Origin: Bdellovibrionota bacterium
GTDB taxonomy: Bacteria; Bdellovibrionota; UBA1018; UBA923
Reading direction: 5' to 3'
NCBI GenBank assembly: GCA_040754655.1
Contig: JBFMCE010000034.1
Span: 1 to 38,138, forward strand
Length of the DNA: 38,138 bases
Part shown: positions 36,640 through 38,138 of the stretch, piece after piece
Layout: every line of letters starts with the position of its first letter
Position numbering within the stretch: position 1 is the stretch's first letter
The notes under the pieces: model-generated
Database searches by the model: none
What the model was told of the DNA's origin: nothing
Seen by the model: the letters and a program-made list of their open reading frames with translations, nothing else
Program-made: the position numbers and the translations under genes

Positions 36640-38130
36640 CTACGGACTAAATGCAACTGCATTCACGTTAAAAATATCGATCGGATAGGCCATGTTCATG
36701 TCATTTGAATGATAAATTCCGCCGCAGTACTTGCTTGCCGTGATGCCGCCGTTGGTGATCAGCTGATCAGAGCAAGTGCTATCGACGAAATAGACGTTTG
36801 AACCCGTCGGGTCCATGAAACCAGACTTGATGCGCTCGCCCCCGCCCAACACAGGCACTCGGAAAGGAATGACCCCGGCGTTATTCACCATGGCATTTCC
36901 TCCGCCAACCGGCAGTTGAATGCACGACGCAGTTCTTCGATCTGAGTGCAGGCCAAAGATCACGGGAAGCCCGTCAAAAAAGTTTGGCGCCGTACAAATG
37001 GGATTCGGAACGTGCGGCGTCGAACCCGTAAATTTCGCAAAAATCACATCGACCTTGGGATCGATGTCCCATTCAATCGGCGCAACTCCCAGAGGACAAT
37101 TTAGAGGTTGATCAGCCTCGACCCCGCAGTTGCGGTATTGGATCAAACGCCCGGGCTTCAAAATGAAAACCCATCGGTCATCGGGGCTCACAAGCAAACC
37201 AATCGCGCCCGGCACCCGAAGGTTCGAAAAAACCTCATGGTTATTGTCAGCGCCGACGCCCACCCATTTGTAAATTCGACCATCATCTTTTGAGAGCCAA
37301 TAACGCGCGGGGTGGGTGTGAGGCTTCAAGTAATCTGAGACTTGGCAAGTGAGCAATTCCTCTCGGGCATCGTCTTTATAGATTCCCGCATACTGTTGTC
37401 CCGTCGGAATATCGACCAAAGCCGTCACCGTTACTTTGATCATGTCGCCGGCCATATGGAAATCATAGACTTGGTTGTCTTCAGACATGTAAGTGATGCC
37501 CAATGAATCGGTTCCGAGATTCACCGGAGCCGACAAAACATGCCCTGGGCAATCTTCCACGGGCCCAGCCGGATTGATGACCGTGTTGTACCTCCTGAGA
37601 TTTACGAAAATCCTCATATTAGGGATGTCTGTCCTGAGCCTTTGGTCGATGGCTGAGGGACATGTGGCGATACCGGGAGGATAAGTTTCAGGTTCGTTGC
37701 CTACTCCCGAAAAACACTCTTCACGCCCCAAATGCTCCATGAAAAACACGGGCGGCAGCGAACTGACTTCTCTTGGCGCAGTTCCGGTAGGCCCGAAATG
37801 GCTCGGGCAATACCGGTATTTCTGCCAATTGTACCTTAATTTGGCGTAGGCAAACCCGGTTGCCGAGCCCCCAAGCCCGTTGATGCCAGCATTGGCATGG
37901 GTGATGCGATTGGGGTTTGCCCCTATCGAAACACGACTTCCGTACCGGTACTCGTTGAGTTTCGCTTGCACGGCGCTCATGCATATTTGCTGGAAATCGA
38001 TGATCTTTGAGTTCAGCTTTCCCTGAAAAAAAGCAGGCGCGACGGCGAGTATGGCGACCGACAAGAGTAGCCCCGCCATCACGCTTTCAACAAGCATTGA
38101 ACCTCTGTGATTCCCCCAAAACCTTCTCAT
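36640..38130 (-). CDS. Large prepilin-type protein (minor pilin/adhesin-like) with a Cys-rich C-terminal region
   Basis: MRRFWGNHRG|SMLVE plus a hydrophobic helix forms a class III signal with Glu+5. C-terminal beta-propeller-like segments VSPDDRWVFIL and MDPTGSNVYFVD. Confidence 0.75.
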   Translation of the reverse strand: MRRFWGNHRGSMLVESVMAGLLLSVAILAVAPAFFQGKLNSKIIDFQQICMSAVQAKLNEYRYGSRVSIGANPNRITHANAGINGLGGSATGFAYAKLRYNWQKYRYCPSHFGPTGTAPREVSSLPPVFFMEHLGREECFSGVGNEPETYPPGIATCPSAIDQRLRTDIPNMRIFVNLRRYNTVINPAGPVEDCPGHVLSAPVNLGTDSLGITYMSEDNQVYDFHMAGDMIKVTVTALVDIPTGQQYAGIYKDDAREELLTCQVSDYLKPHTHPARYWLSKDDGRIYKWVGVGADNNHEVFSNLRVPGAIGLLVSPDDRWVFILKPGRLIQYRNCGVEADQPLNCPLGVAPIEWDIDPKVDVIFAKFTGSTPHVPNPICTAPNFFDGLPVIFGLHSDRRTASCIQLPVGGGNAMVNNAGVIPFRVPVLGGGERIKSGFMDPTGSNVYFVDSTCSDQLITNGGITASKYCGGIYHSNDMNMAYPIDIFNVNAVAFSP

Positions 38131-38138
38131 TACTACTA

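Overview
Mostly core chromosome from a Gram-negative bacterium. Gene content and order suggest Bdellovibrionota (inferred, not searched). Left part: 3' end of a class A PBP, a secreted hypothetical, a GNAT, a CHASE2 histidine kinase and sigma54 response regulator with a well-formed sigma54 promoter, a PpiC foldase and a QEGLA/DUF1704 metallopeptidase. An accessory-looking block (8.4-13.1 kb) holds a divergent CCA/poly(A)-polymerase-like nucleotidyltransferase. It faces an Npt/TLC-like transporter-HEAT gene and a Cache-HAMP receptor with no output domain; these two are in frame and separated only by a TAG plus 12 sense codons. Next come a REC-TPR and PilZ-like pair, a structured hairpin element, rplM-rpsI and an agmatinase. 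A long minus-strand run follows, in transcription order: large prepilin-like protein, pilH/pilI-like ABC genes, pilD, FimT-like gene, pilMNOPQ, TPR, aroQ with catalytic residues replaced, efp, accB, accC, SgmX/Bd2492-like TPR, tamB and an Omp85. No rRNA, tRNA, CRISPR or transposase was seen. The best candidates for novelty are the nucleotidyltransferase/transporter/receptor block, the AroQ pseudoenzyme and the hairpin motif after rpsI. All calls are from motif reading by eye.
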